Assembly (NCBI GenBank): GCA_029547265.1
Contig: JAKPPP010000195.1
Coordinates: 795 to 64,794, forward strand
Length of the DNA stretch: 64,000 bases
Direction of reading: 5' to 3'
Source of the DNA: Bacteroidota bacterium
GTDB taxonomy: Bacteria > Bacteroidota > Bacteroidia > AKYH767-A > OLB10
The notes under the pieces were generated by a model. The model searched no databases, was not told the origin of the DNA, and saw only the letters and a program-made list of their open reading frames with translations. The number at the start of each line of letters is the position of its first letter. The first letter of the stretch is position 1. A program made the position numbers and the translations under genes. This document shows, piece by piece, positions 20,885 through 30,966 of this stretch.

Positions 20885-22651
20885 TTACTTACTAAGCCAA
20901 CTTGAAAAGTTCTTTTTAGCTGATTCACTCGCTTTATCAGCATCAGTAATTAGATATTCGACAAATGGAGATTTCGTTAATTTCACTTCAATAGTCCGAA
21001 GGAGTCCTCCCCTATTCACCAATACTTTCATCATATCTCCCGGCTTAAAAGCAGCTACATATTTAGAGATATCGTCAGTAAAGCGATATTGGTCTATACC
21101 CAAAATTTCATCATTCACATTTAATCCTCCAACCCAAGCGGGTGAATTGCGATCAACAGAAGTGATGGAATTTTTTGTATTAACAGCAATGCCTAAATAC
21201 GTTTTTTGAGAATTGGAATTAGCATTAGTGATTTCACAACCTACAGTTTTTAGTGCTGCTGCAAATGGCATCATTTCAACTCCGTAAACATACTTATCGA
21301 AGAATGATTTCATATCACTACCCGCATACTTCGATACCATTTCGATAAATTCTTTGTCTGTATAGCCTCTATTGAGTTTTACGGCATACATATCATACAT
21401 GGCTTTCATCACATCATCGAGTGAAGATTTACCGTTAGAACCGCCCCTAATCATCATATCAAGTACGGCACCAACAGCGGCTCCCTTTGTATAGTAACTT
21501 ACCGTGCTATTATTCGAATTCTCATTAGGACGATAGAATTTAATCCATGCATCAAAACTCGATTCGCTAACCGGTTGCAAAGTCGCACCCAATTGATTCA
21601 TGCAATATGAAAATCCCGATGCTACCTTCTCTAAATACTGTGCATCGCTATAAAATCCGCAACGACGAGTAATCAAATCATCATAGTATGCCGTAAATCC
21701 TTCAGAGACATAAAGCATGTTGGTATAATTCTCGTTATCATAGTCGAATGGACCCAATGCTGAAGGGCGCAATCGTTTCACATTCCATAAATGAAAATAT
21801 TCGTGAGCTACCAAGTTCATAAAGCTTGTATACCCCGACTCAGAACCATAGCCTGTTCGAGAAGTTTGAAGAGTTGTTGAGTTTTTATGTTCTAGTCCAC
21901 CACCGCCCGAACTTAAATTATGTACTATGAATAAATAACGCTTACAAGGATGTGATCCGAAAACTTTGGCACATTCACTGGTAACACGAGCCATATCGGC
22001 TGTTAATTTCTCTGAATTATAGTTTGCATTACCAAACATGGCTACTTCATGAGGCACTCCTGATGAAGTGAATTTTAGTACTTTATGATTCCCGATTTCA
22101 AATGGAGCATCAACCAAATCATCGTAATTATTAGCTTTTACTTTCCATTGATTAGATGCGTCAACTGGATCTAATGCAACAGACATGGTTCGCCAATTAG
22201 AAAAAGGAATGACTTCAACGGTACATGGTACTTGCTTTTGGTTTTTTACAAACATGAAAATACTAGTGCCATTTAAGTAAGCATGGTCTTCATCAATAAA
22301 ACTAGTTCTTACCGATAACTCATATGCATAAACTTTGTAAGAAATTGAAATTTTTCCTTTTGCAGATTTAATTAACCATGAGTTTTTCCTATTACGTACA
22401 ACATCTAAAGATTTGCCACTTTCCCCTTTAGCAGAAAAGGCTTCTACATTCTTAGAAAATTCTCTCACCAAATAAGAACCCGGAGCCCATACAGGCATAT
22501 GCAATTCCAAATCTCCACCTTTACTGTCAACAGTCATCTGAACTGTTACATAATGAGTTTGAGGCTCATCAAAAACAAGCTTAAAGTCTTGAGCAAGACT
22601 AGTGAATGAATAGAAAACAACAAGTAAGCAGATAAACGATTTTTTTAGCAT
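20885..22651 (-). CDS. M61 family (glycyl aminopeptidase) metallopeptidase with PDZ domain
   Basis: MPVWAPGSYLVREF, GGGLEH, HEYFHLWNVKR, SYYTKG, C-terminal PDZ (SPA..GL...DEI). Confidence 0.95.
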   Translation of the reverse strand: MLKKSFICLLVVFYSFTSLAQDFKLVFDEPQTHYVTVQMTVDSKGGDLELHMPVWAPGSYLVREFSKNVEAFSAKGESGKSLDVVRNRKNSWLIKSAKGKISISYKVYAYELSVRTSFIDEDHAYLNGTSIFMFVKNQKQVPCTVEVIPFSNWRTMSVALDPVDASNQWKVKANNYDDLVDAPFEIGNHKVLKFTSSGVPHEVAMFGNANYNSEKLTADMARVTSECAKVFGSHPCKRYLFIVHNLSSGGGGLEHKNSTTLQTSRTGYGSESGYTSFMNLVAHEYFHLWNVKRLRPSALGPFDYDNENYTNMLYVSEGFTAYYDDLITRRCGFYSDAQYLEKVASGFSYCMNQLGATLQPVSESSFDAWIKFYRPNENSNNSTVSYYTKGAAVGAVLDMMIRGGSNGKSSLDDVMKAMYDMYAVKLNRGYTDKEFIEMVSKYAGSDMKSFFDKYVYGVEMMPFAAALKTVGCEITNANSNSQKTYLGIAVNTKNSITSVDRNSPAWVGGLNVNDEILGIDQYRFTDDISKYVAAFKPGDMMKVLVNRGGLLRTIEVKLTKSPFVEYLITDADKASESAKKNFSSWLSK

Positions 22652-22707
22652 CTGATATAATTTAGAATGCTAAAAATAAAACAATTATCTAATATGAAAG
22701 TGAAAAT

Positions 22708-23070
22708 CTAATTATTAGGTCGTCTTTTCCCGTCTTTAAAAAACAATTTAGACAATCGGTTCTCTGTTAAAAAATAAGTAATTAAAATTGAAATAACTAT
22801 ACTTAAAACAAGTAGTATAAATATTCTTGTTGGATGAGTTGGTAAATAGGTTTCAGTTACTACGAGTAAAATAATTTGAAGAGGAGAAGACAACATTAAA
22901 CATTGTCCGGCATAACCATTCGCATCCATCCATGTTTGTTCACTTCTCATACTATTCTTAGAGCGGTACCCGAAAAAACTACCCATTTCGTTCGGATATA
23001 CACTAATTTTCACTCCTAAACTAAACACAATTAGCACAATGAAAATACAAATCAGCAAAACAATATTCAT
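22708..23070 (-). CDS. SdpI/YhfL family membrane protein
   Basis: GYRS..SM.S...W..AN motif between TM helices. Confidence 0.75.
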   Translation of the reverse strand: MNIVLLICIFIVLIVFSLGVKISVYPNEMGSFFGYRSKNSMRSEQTWMDANGYAGQCLMLSSPLQIILLVVTETYLPTHPTRIFILLVLSIVISILITYFLTENRLSKLFFKDGKRRPNN

Positions 23071-23090
23071 GATATATAAATTGTATAATA

Positions 23091-23720
23091 TTACTTATTA
23101 AATAAAGTTTCTTTTATTTCTTTCTCTGTCATTTCTTTATACCCTTCAGGGATTACGAACAAGTTATCGTTAATTTTTTCTTCTTTCACAGAAATAGCAG
23201 ACATTTTAAAGTTTATCCCTCCATTATTCATGGAAAATTCCATAGGAGCTCCTTCAATTTTATCAAATGTTCCACCCCAATTTCCGCCACCGGTAATACT
23301 TTTGGTAACCCACATAATTATCTTATCATCAGCGCCATTTGATATAATTGCCTTTTGACAATTATATCCTGCAATATTTTTTTTCTCTGAAGTTATTTCA
23401 ACTTTACTCGGTTTTGTTTCTTCACTAACATCTTTTCTAACAGCCGACTTATTGCCCATCACATCAATTAACATGATAATTTCTTTATCGGTACTTATAG
23501 TAATCGTTTTCATACCCATAAGACCTTCGGACTCACTTCTGCTTTTCCCGTTTTTAAAATAGGTTATCGACTCCGTTGGTAAAAATGCCTTCTGTGCTGC
23601 GGGTAGGTCTAAGTCAGGAAAAGATAACGAATACGTAATTTTCCCTTCATTAATTTGAGAGAATAAGTTATGACTTACAGTTATAACAAAAAGAAACACT
23701 AAAAAACAAAAACGACTCAT
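23091..23720 (-). CDS. Exported DUF4412/GLPGLI-like protein
   Basis: Signal peptide; EGKITY, EKK.IAGYNCQKA, G.PMEF, F.IPEGY motifs. Confidence 0.7.
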   Translation of the reverse strand: MSRFCFLVFLFVITVSHNLFSQINEGKITYSLSFPDLDLPAAQKAFLPTESITYFKNGKSRSESEGLMGMKTITISTDKEIIMLIDVMGNKSAVRKDVSEETKPSKVEITSEKKNIAGYNCQKAIISNGADDKIIMWVTKSITGGGNWGGTFDKIEGAPMEFSMNNGGINFKMSAISVKEEKINDNLFVIPEGYKEMTEKEIKETLFNK

Positions 23721-23819
23721 GAATTAAAAACTAATTTTTTGCTAAGTTAAAAATTATTCGGAGTACTGCAAAAATCAATATAAAATTTGTAGGTTTATCC
23801 CCATAAAATACATGATATT

Positions 23820-26000
23820 ATGAATATATCTAATTTAAGAAACCTTTGTGGAATAATATTGCTTTCCATATCTACTGTACAGGCTCAGCAAGGGGCAATT
23901 CAATTGGAGGACATTTGGGGTAGTCCGAAATTATTTGCCAAAACAGAAGGCGGCTTTAGTTCGATGAAAAACGGAGATTTCTATACCAACACCGCAATTG
24001 GATCGACAGGTACATATATTGTTAAATACTCATTTGCTACCGGAAAGGCTATTGACACCCTGGTAAAACCTAACCAATTGATCAGCGGTAAAGATACCGT
24101 CGACTTCGTAAATTACACCTTTAGTCCCGATGAAAACTTGGTTTTACTATCGGCCAATACCGAAGCCATTTACCGTCATTCAAGCCGTTCCGACTACTAT
24201 GTTTTAAACAGAACGACGGGAAATATTCGCAAGATCTCTCAAAATGGCAAAATGATGTATTGCACATTTTCGCCTAAAAACGACAAATTGGCATATGTGA
24301 GAGATAATAACCTGTATTACTTCACTTTGTCAGATGGTAAGGAAACTGCGATCACAAACGATGGTAAGAAGAATGAGATTATTAATGGTGCAACTGACTG
24401 GGTGTATGAAGAAGAATTTAGTATGGATGTAGCCTTTCAATGGTCGCCCGACGGACAAAAAATTGCTTTTTACAAATTCGATGAAAGCAAAGTAAAAGAA
24501 TTCAATTTGACATACTATGGAGATCTTTATCCACGTGAAGAAAAATATAAATACCCGAAAGCCGGTGAAGATAATTCTAAGGTAGATATCTATATTACAA
24601 ATTTAGCTTCAGGCAAAACGATTAAAGCTGAGACAGGTTCGGAGCGTGAATATATTCCTCGTATTCAATGGACAAAAGACGCCAACACTTTAAGCATTCA
24701 GCGAAGTAATCGCCACCAAAATGTTTTGGAATTATTACTCTGCAATGCAACTAACGGTTCATCGAAAGTAGTCTTGAAAGAAGAAAATAAATCATTCATT
24801 GAAATCACTGATGATCTAACATTTTTATCGAATGGCAAGCAATTTATATGGACCTCAGCGCGCGATGGATACAACCATATTTACTTATACAATCTCGATG
24901 GAACGCAAGTAAAACAAATTACATCAGGTAAATTCGAGATAACACATTACTACGGATTTGATGAAGGTTCAGGAACGTTTTACTATCAAAGTACCGAGAT
25001 GAGTCCGACTGAAAAAAATATCTATTCAATCACTTTAACAGGAAAGAAAACTAATTTAACACCTTCGAGAGGGGTTCACAATGCAGAATTCAGTGAAGGA
25101 TGCAAATATTTTGTTGACACATATTCATCCTTCGGGAATCCGTTTACATGTACTGTTGTAAGTAACAAAGGAAAAACGTTAAGGACATTAGAAGACAACC
25201 GCGATATGCGCGCAGAAATGCAAAAATTCCGCTTCGGGAAATATCGTTTCTTCTCCTTTAAAACATCTGATCAAACAGAATTATTGGGTTGGATGATTTT
25301 ACCTCCTGATTTCGACAGCACAAAAACTTATCCGGTTTTATTCAATGTTTATGGTGGTCCGGGAGTACAAACTGTTACAAACGATTGGGACGGCCCTAAC
25401 TATTTATGGCATCAATTATTGGCACAAAGAGGATATATCATCGTAAGTGTAGACAATAGAGGAACACCGGGACGTGGTATTGATTTTGCTAACTGCATTT
25501 ACAAAGACATGGGTAAATTAGAAGTAGAAGACCAAGTTTCTGCTGCGAACTACCTAAAGAGTTTGCCATACGTGAACAAAGACCGAGTTGGAGTTTGGGG
25601 ATGGAGCTTCGGAGGATATATGACCTCATTATTGATGACCAAAGTAAATACGGTCTATAAAACAGGTATCGCTGTAGCACCGGTAATCAACTGGAGATAT
25701 TACGACAATATTTATACCGAGCGATATTTGCAGACTCCTCAAGAAAATGCAGATGGATATGACAAGAACTCCCCTATTACCTACGCAAAACAACTTAAAG
25801 GAAACTTCATGTTGATTCACGGTTCGGCTGATGATAATGTACACATGCAAAACTCGATGGACTTCGTGAATGCCCTTGTGAAGAACAACAAACAATTCGA
25901 TTACTTCATCTACCCTAACCGTAACCACGGAATTAGTGGAGGAGGTGCACGATTACATCTTTATACAAAAATGACTAACTTTATCCTCAATAATTTATAA
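23820..26000 (+). CDS. Dipeptidyl peptidase IV (S9B)
   Basis: DWVYEEE, YPKAG, GWSFGG nucleophile, DDNVH, NHGI. Confidence 0.95.
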   Translation: MNISNLRNLCGIILLSISTVQAQQGAIQLEDIWGSPKLFAKTEGGFSSMKNGDFYTNTAIGSTGTYIVKYSFATGKAIDTLVKPNQLISGKDTVDFVNYTFSPDENLVLLSANTEAIYRHSSRSDYYVLNRTTGNIRKISQNGKMMYCTFSPKNDKLAYVRDNNLYYFTLSDGKETAITNDGKKNEIINGATDWVYEEEFSMDVAFQWSPDGQKIAFYKFDESKVKEFNLTYYGDLYPREEKYKYPKAGEDNSKVDIYITNLASGKTIKAETGSEREYIPRIQWTKDANTLSIQRSNRHQNVLELLLCNATNGSSKVVLKEENKSFIEITDDLTFLSNGKQFIWTSARDGYNHIYLYNLDGTQVKQITSGKFEITHYYGFDEGSGTFYYQSTEMSPTEKNIYSITLTGKKTNLTPSRGVHNAEFSEGCKYFVDTYSSFGNPFTCTVVSNKGKTLRTLEDNRDMRAEMQKFRFGKYRFFSFKTSDQTELLGWMILPPDFDSTKTYPVLFNVYGGPGVQTVTNDWDGPNYLWHQLLAQRGYIIVSVDNRGTPGRGIDFANCIYKDMGKLEVEDQVSAANYLKSLPYVNKDRVGVWGWSFGGYMTSLLMTKVNTVYKTGIAVAPVINWRYYDNIYTERYLQTPQENADGYDKNSPITYAKQLKGNFMLIHGSADDNVHMQNSMDFVNALVKNNKQFDYFIYPNRNHGISGGGARLHLYTKMTNFILNNL

Positions 26001-26014
26001 TAACAAAGAATAAT

Positions 26015-26713
26015 ATGTCACAAGAATTCACCGAACAACAATTAGCCATAGCTACGGCACAGACCCGTTTCATGGCAAAAGTATTCAGCTGGATGACGCT
26101 TGCACTAATCATTACAGGCGGAATATCATTCCTAATATCAGGAAATATTGAAATCATGAATTTGATTTTCAGTAACTCAATGGTTGTAATTGGATTATTT
26201 ATTGCTCAAATTCTATCTGTAGGATCATTAGCTATTTTCGTTAATAAGCTTTCAGCTGCTGTTGCGACGTTCATATTTGTTCTTTATGCTACTTTAACAG
26301 GAATAACACTTTCTACAATATTCATCGTTTACACCTCCGCTTCTATCGCATCAACCTTCTTTATTACCGGTGCAACTTTTGGAGTAATGGCTGTTTTAGG
26401 ATTTGTTACAGGACGCGACTTAAGTAAACTCGGATCAATTTTAATGATGGCTTTAATCGGAATGGTAATCGCATCAATTGCTAATTGGTTCATGAAAAGC
26501 GAAACTATCTATTGGATCACGACTTATGCAGGAATTTTAATCTTCACCGGATTAATTGCATATGACACTCAAAAAATCAAAGGATACGCAGTAATTTCAC
26601 CAGATGATGAAGAGAACTACCAAAAAGCATCGATTATGGGAGCACTTTCTTTATACCTTGACTTCATCAACATTTTCTTATTATTGTTGAGATTATTCGG
26701 TAGAAGGAAATAA
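26015..26713 (+). CDS. Bax inhibitor-1/YccA family membrane protein
   Basis: 7 TM; AYDTQKIK and ALSLYLDFINIFL motifs. Confidence 0.93.
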   Translation: MSQEFTEQQLAIATAQTRFMAKVFSWMTLALIITGGISFLISGNIEIMNLIFSNSMVVIGLFIAQILSVGSLAIFVNKLSAAVATFIFVLYATLTGITLSTIFIVYTSASIASTFFITGATFGVMAVLGFVTGRDLSKLGSILMMALIGMVIASIANWFMKSETIYWITTYAGILIFTGLIAYDTQKIKGYAVISPDDEENYQKASIMGALSLYLDFINIFLLLLRLFGRRK

Positions 26714-26726
26714 TTACTTTATCAAT

Positions 26727-26767
26727 AAAAAAAACACCGCTGAAGAATCATATCAGCGGTGTTTTTT
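26727..26767. terminator. Bidirectional terminator between convergent genes
   Basis: AAAAACACCGCTGA / TCAGCGGTGTTTTTT. Confidence 0.85.
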
Positions 26768-27395
26768 ATTTATCCTCAACCCACAGTGGATTAGGCAAGC
26801 GTATACCTAAATAAATCGATACTAAGCGAAGAACAACAATAAATGTGGCACCTAATACAAAACCGATAAATGCGGCCTTGAAAAGCATCCAAATAGCCAA
26901 AAACAACCAACAGCCGGCGAACGAAGCTACCGCATATAATCCACCTGAAGGGCGAAAAATCACCGGCATCTCGTTGTTCACGATATCTCGAAATACTCCT
27001 CCTGCTACTCCGGTAATTACTCCCATTAAAGATGCAGGGAAAATTGGCAATCCCGAATTCAATGCAGCTACCAATCCCGCCATTGAAAATAATCCTAGAC
27101 CGATTGCTTCAACAGTATTGGTTCGGCGATGCATCTTCTTAGCTAATCGATGAAACAACGGAATATAAACAAACGCAATTGTAATAACTAATACCACTAT
27201 CAGGTATTCTTCGTGTTCAACCCAGAAAAAAGGTCGACGGTTGAGTAAAACATCTCGCAAGGTTCCTCCTCCAAAGGCTACAATTAAGGCCAAACTATAC
27301 GCACCAACGATATCCATTTTCTTCTCAGCTGCATTGATCATTCCTGACAAAGCTGAAACCACAACCGCAGCTGCTTCAATATAACTTACCAGCAT
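26766..27395 (-). CDS. Trimeric intracellular cation channel family (YadS/UPF0126) protein
   Basis: Duplicated GGGTLRDVL / GGVFRDIV halves; TAACTTTG at 27421-27414 overlaps the TTG in the ORF track, favouring ATG 27395. Confidence 0.9.
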   Translation of the reverse strand: MLVSYIEAAAVVVSALSGMINAAEKKMDIVGAYSLALIVAFGGGTLRDVLLNRRPFFWVEHEEYLIVVLVITIAFVYIPLFHRLAKKMHRRTNTVEAIGLGLFSMAGLVAALNSGLPIFPASLMGVITGVAGGVFRDIVNNEMPVIFRPSGGLYAVASFAGCWLFLAIWMLFKAAFIGFVLGATFIVVLRLVSIYLGIRLPNPLWVEDK

Positions 27396-27504
27396 AGCAA
27401 CAAAATTTAAACGCAAAGTTAGGTTAATAATGAATCTATTTTCAAAGGAATATGGAGATAGGCTATCAATTAACTACTTTCGCATTATCTAAGATATCAA
27501 TTTC

Positions 27505-27990
27505 ATGAAAAAAACAAATTTGTATATCGCTATCTTGCTCTGTTTAATTTATCATAGCGGATTTGCTCAAAATCAAATTCCGGCAGGATTGAAAAAAATT
27601 GAGGGCAGCTGGGTAGGAATAAGTGGTCAAACAAAAGTACTCGAAAGTTGGATGTTTGTAAATCCTCATTTAATGTATGGCAGCGGTGCAATAATAAATG
27701 AAAAAGGAGATACAATACAAACTGAATCTCTTAAGATATCAATTGTTCGAGGAATGACATTTTACATTCCTTCATTAAGGGTAAATGGTAAAATAAAATC
27801 AACACCTTTTATGCTTGAAAAGGAAGAAGATTCATATTGGAGGTTTACCAATAACACTCACGATTTCCCGAAAACTATAGAATATTGGCTTACCGATATA
27901 AATCATATGAAAGCGAGTGTCAGTGGGCCGGATGAAAACGGAGGAACAAAAACTATTGAATTCATTTTTGAGCGATTCAAAAAGCAATAA
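27505..27990 (+). CDS. DUF6265-like exported protein
   Basis: Signal peptide; G.W...E.W, GDT..E and F.N..HDFP..I.Y motifs. Confidence 0.7.
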   Translation: MKKTNLYIAILLCLIYHSGFAQNQIPAGLKKIEGSWVGISGQTKVLESWMFVNPHLMYGSGAIINEKGDTIQTESLKISIVRGMTFYIPSLRVNGKIKSTPFMLEKEEDSYWRFTNNTHDFPKTIEYWLTDINHMKASVSGPDENGGTKTIEFIFERFKKQ

Positions 27991-28024
27991 AAAAAGGTCT
28001 CGTAAATATTTAACGAGACCTTTT
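27989..28024. terminator. Bidirectional terminator
   Basis: AAAAGGTCTCGT / ACGAGACCTTTT between convergent genes. Confidence 0.85.
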
Positions 28025-28042
28025 CATTTGATTAAAATTTTT

Positions 28043-30265
28043 CTAGAATATTCCTTTCAACGAAACAAATACATTTCTTCCCGGTGCATTAATTCCGCTG
28101 GCAAATGTACGATATTGGATATCGAAAATATTATCGACTCCTGCTTGAATAGAGATGCCTTTGTAAATTTGATATCCCGCTCTCAAGTTCATAGTAAACC
28201 AAGCTGGCATTCCCATGTCAGTAGCATATTGCTCATTATCTTCCCCTCCTAAAGAGTAATTCTTCAACAATTTTGCTCCGCTGAAATTGACAAAGAAATC
28301 AGCATTGAATTTATTGTTTGTATAACTGAACGAAGTGCGGGCCATGAACGGAGGAATATGATCGAGTGGCGAATCAGATGAATCTGTTTTCACTCTTCCA
28401 TACGTGTAACTTAACCCCAACGTCATCATAAAATGATCATCAAGTTTACTAATGAAGTTCGATGAGAATCCGAAAACATACGCATTGTCCTTATTCTGAT
28501 TCGCATATACTCTACTCATTGTTCCGTCATACATCAATGAATCACTTCCGTTATATGTGAATGTATCAACAACTGTAATATCTTTAAATGTGGTATAGTA
28601 AACTGTGTTTTCCCAACGTGAATTACCATTAAATATTTTTGTAATTCCTAACTCATAGTTGATAGTTTTCTCAGGTTTCAAATCGACATTCGGAACGATT
28701 ACTACACCGGGTGAAGAACCAAATATTTTCGACATATCATCGACATTCGGCACTCTGAATCCTGTTGATAATAATAACGATAATTTGAGGTCGTCAGAAG
28801 GTGAATGAATCAACCCTATACTACCTGAAACAACTGGTGTTTTTTGATCGATTTCAGTGTAAGGCAAATGGAATAACAATGCAGTGTCAACTAAAGTTGA
28901 GTGTAATGTTGAATAGCCCCCACGAATTCCGTCGGTTAAAGTTAATTGATCATTGATCGTCCATGTATGAGAGAAATAAAGAGCATAGTTATTCATGTTA
29001 TTCTTCCCGTCAGGATAACGTGTATCTAAATTAACCGTTGATCCATCTTCGATATTCTCTTTGTTCGCTGCTGACTTCAAATTATTAAACTGAGCATCGA
29101 GCCCAAAACGAATTACATGGTTTTTAGTTGATCGCTGTAAATCAAGATTTGCTCCAACTACACCGACTTTTTCGATTCTGTTGCTACGGTTTTTACTTCC
29201 GAATCCTCTGCTATGTCGGCTTTCTTCCAACGCTTGGTAATTTAATCCAAAATGAATTTGCTGAAACAACGAAGCTTCATTTTTAATATTAAGATCATAT
29301 GCGGTTAACAAACGACTTTGTGGACCATAATACCATTCAGCTGAATTTAATCCGGTTCCCTTTGGATCCGTCAAACGATCATAACGAGGAACATCAGTAG
29401 AATTAGAATACTGAATATTTAGTCCGTGGCTGATATGTTCATTCTGTTGAAACAATAACTTCTCTACTAAATCATATTGAGAATATCCGCTTCCAACCTG
29501 GAGATAACGATCGCTATTTTTAATTAATGAATCAACGCCATTAATATGTTCAACATAATACGGACGTTCGCCATAAGAACCATTGTAAAAAGGATTTTGG
29601 TTTTTACCTCCCATCAAATCATCGAAAGTTGAATATGTAAACGAAGTCATCGATGCGAGTTTTTTCCCTCCATAATTGAAATCAATATGTGAAGTAGATT
29701 CATTATTCACTGAACCGTAACGCGTAAATACGTTTAATTTCAAATTTGGTTTTCCATCAACACCGGCTAACATTGGCTTTTTAGTGTAAAAATGAATCAC
29801 ACCACCCAATGCATCACTCCCATATATAGTAGACGATGGGCCATAAAGTATTTCGACACGATCTAACGAATTATTATCGGTTTTAATAATATCTTGTAAG
29901 TGACCTGCGCGATAGATTAAATTATTCAAACGAACTCCATCAATTACCAATCCGATTCGACTGGCTTCGAATCCGCGTAAAGTTGGACTACCTCCACCCA
30001 GTTGACTCATTTGCACTTGCAGGCCTTGCTTAGATAGCAAATCGGCAGTAGATTGTGCATGCGAATTTTCAATATCAGAAGAAGTTAAAACCTTTACTTC
30101 CTGAGCAACAGTTTTACGAGACTCTTCGGTTTTATTCACTGAAATAATGACCTCTTTTAAAGAGACTTTTTTCGACACAGCAGTATCGATATTTAAAGAT
30201 TGTGCATAAGAAGCACAAGCTATAGAACTAAGTAATATAGAACTTAAGAATGTATTTTTTTTCAT
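28043..30265 (-). CDS. TonB-dependent receptor (haem/haemoglobin-receptor-like)
   Basis: Plug motifs GGGSP.LRGF, IDGVRLN, RVEILYGPSS.IYGSDALGGVI; FRVP...NVDLKPE; C-terminal PGRN....KGIF. Confidence 0.92.
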   Translation of the reverse strand: MKKNTFLSSILLSSIACASYAQSLNIDTAVSKKVSLKEVIISVNKTEESRKTVAQEVKVLTSSDIENSHAQSTADLLSKQGLQVQMSQLGGGSPTLRGFEASRIGLVIDGVRLNNLIYRAGHLQDIIKTDNNSLDRVEILYGPSSTIYGSDALGGVIHFYTKKPMLAGVDGKPNLKLNVFTRYGSVNNESTSHIDFNYGGKKLASMTSFTYSTFDDLMGGKNQNPFYNGSYGERPYYVEHINGVDSLIKNSDRYLQVGSGYSQYDLVEKLLFQQNEHISHGLNIQYSNSTDVPRYDRLTDPKGTGLNSAEWYYGPQSRLLTAYDLNIKNEASLFQQIHFGLNYQALEESRHSRGFGSKNRSNRIEKVGVVGANLDLQRSTKNHVIRFGLDAQFNNLKSAANKENIEDGSTVNLDTRYPDGKNNMNNYALYFSHTWTINDQLTLTDGIRGGYSTLHSTLVDTALLFHLPYTEIDQKTPVVSGSIGLIHSPSDDLKLSLLLSTGFRVPNVDDMSKIFGSSPGVVIVPNVDLKPEKTINYELGITKIFNGNSRWENTVYYTTFKDITVVDTFTYNGSDSLMYDGTMSRVYANQNKDNAYVFGFSSNFISKLDDHFMMTLGLSYTYGRVKTDSSDSPLDHIPPFMARTSFSYTNNKFNADFFVNFSGAKLLKNYSLGGEDNEQYATDMGMPAWFTMNLRAGYQIYKGISIQAGVDNIFDIQYRTFASGINAPGRNVFVSLKGIF

Positions 30266-30330
30266 AGTGATTTTTTAATCAGACATAATAGACCATCACT
30301 TCGTTTACACGAAGTGAGCAAAGCAGTATA

Positions 30331-30843
30331 TTAAGCGATTAACTGAGGAGGAGGAGTAAAAACCTCAGAAGAGGGACAAGAGAAAAATATTTCACTTCGC
30401 AATTCATATAATTCACATGAAAATGAATTAAAAATATAACTAGCATAAGAAGCGCCAATAAAACTTAAAGAAAACAAATGCACGCTAGTATCGGGAAGAG
30501 ACTTATTACTTCGGCAATTCCGTCGAATGAAGTTTTTAATTTCATTAACCACATTATCTTCCTTCTCATCAAAAACAACACTTAGAACAACTTTATTATG
30601 AATAATGGCTTCACTTTGAATATCAAATAATTTTCCGTCAATAAGAATCTCTCCTTTTTCGATCAAAGCTTCTTGATAATCGGCTTTTGATAAAATTATC
30701 TGCTCATAAGCTACTTCCCCCCGATTCATTTGCGCATGAATTTCCGATTTAAGAGCTTGCTGCTGAAAAAGTAATAATAGCATAAATCCGCCTCCTTGTA
30801 GAAGGAGAATCACCAATAAGATGCCGGACAATGACTTTTTCAA
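30331..30843 (-). CDS. Hypothetical membrane-anchored protein upstream of the TBDR, C-terminal FTPPP (candidate regulatory leader)
   Basis: N-terminal hydrophobic helix, EI.IDGKLFDI and DEKE motifs, terminal polyproline; co-oriented 65 bp before the TBDR. Confidence 0.7.
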   Translation of the reverse strand: MKKSLSGILLVILLLQGGGFMLLLLFQQQALKSEIHAQMNRGEVAYEQIILSKADYQEALIEKGEILIDGKLFDIQSEAIIHNKVVLSVVFDEKEDNVVNEIKNFIRRNCRSNKSLPDTSVHLFSLSFIGASYASYIFNSFSCELYELRSEIFFSCPSSEVFTPPPQLIA

Positions 30844-30966
30844 ATACTTTGACTGTTAATAAGTAATATGGCTATAAATGAATAAACTAATATCATTAAC
30901 TGTTGGAATGCGAAAATAAACAGCAGTACAAATCTAAAAAAAGAAATCGAATCTTACTTTTGCATT

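Noticed and set aside
22652..23819. Horizontally acquired toxin-immunity islet around the sdpI-like gene
   Set aside because: The region looks AT-rich, but no toxin, mobility gene or flanking repeats are seen; lone SdpI-family genes are common.
30844..30966. Cobalamin or TPP riboswitch upstream of the TBDR unit
   Set aside because: The spacer is short, very AT-rich, occupied by divergent promoter elements and has no conserved riboswitch boxes.
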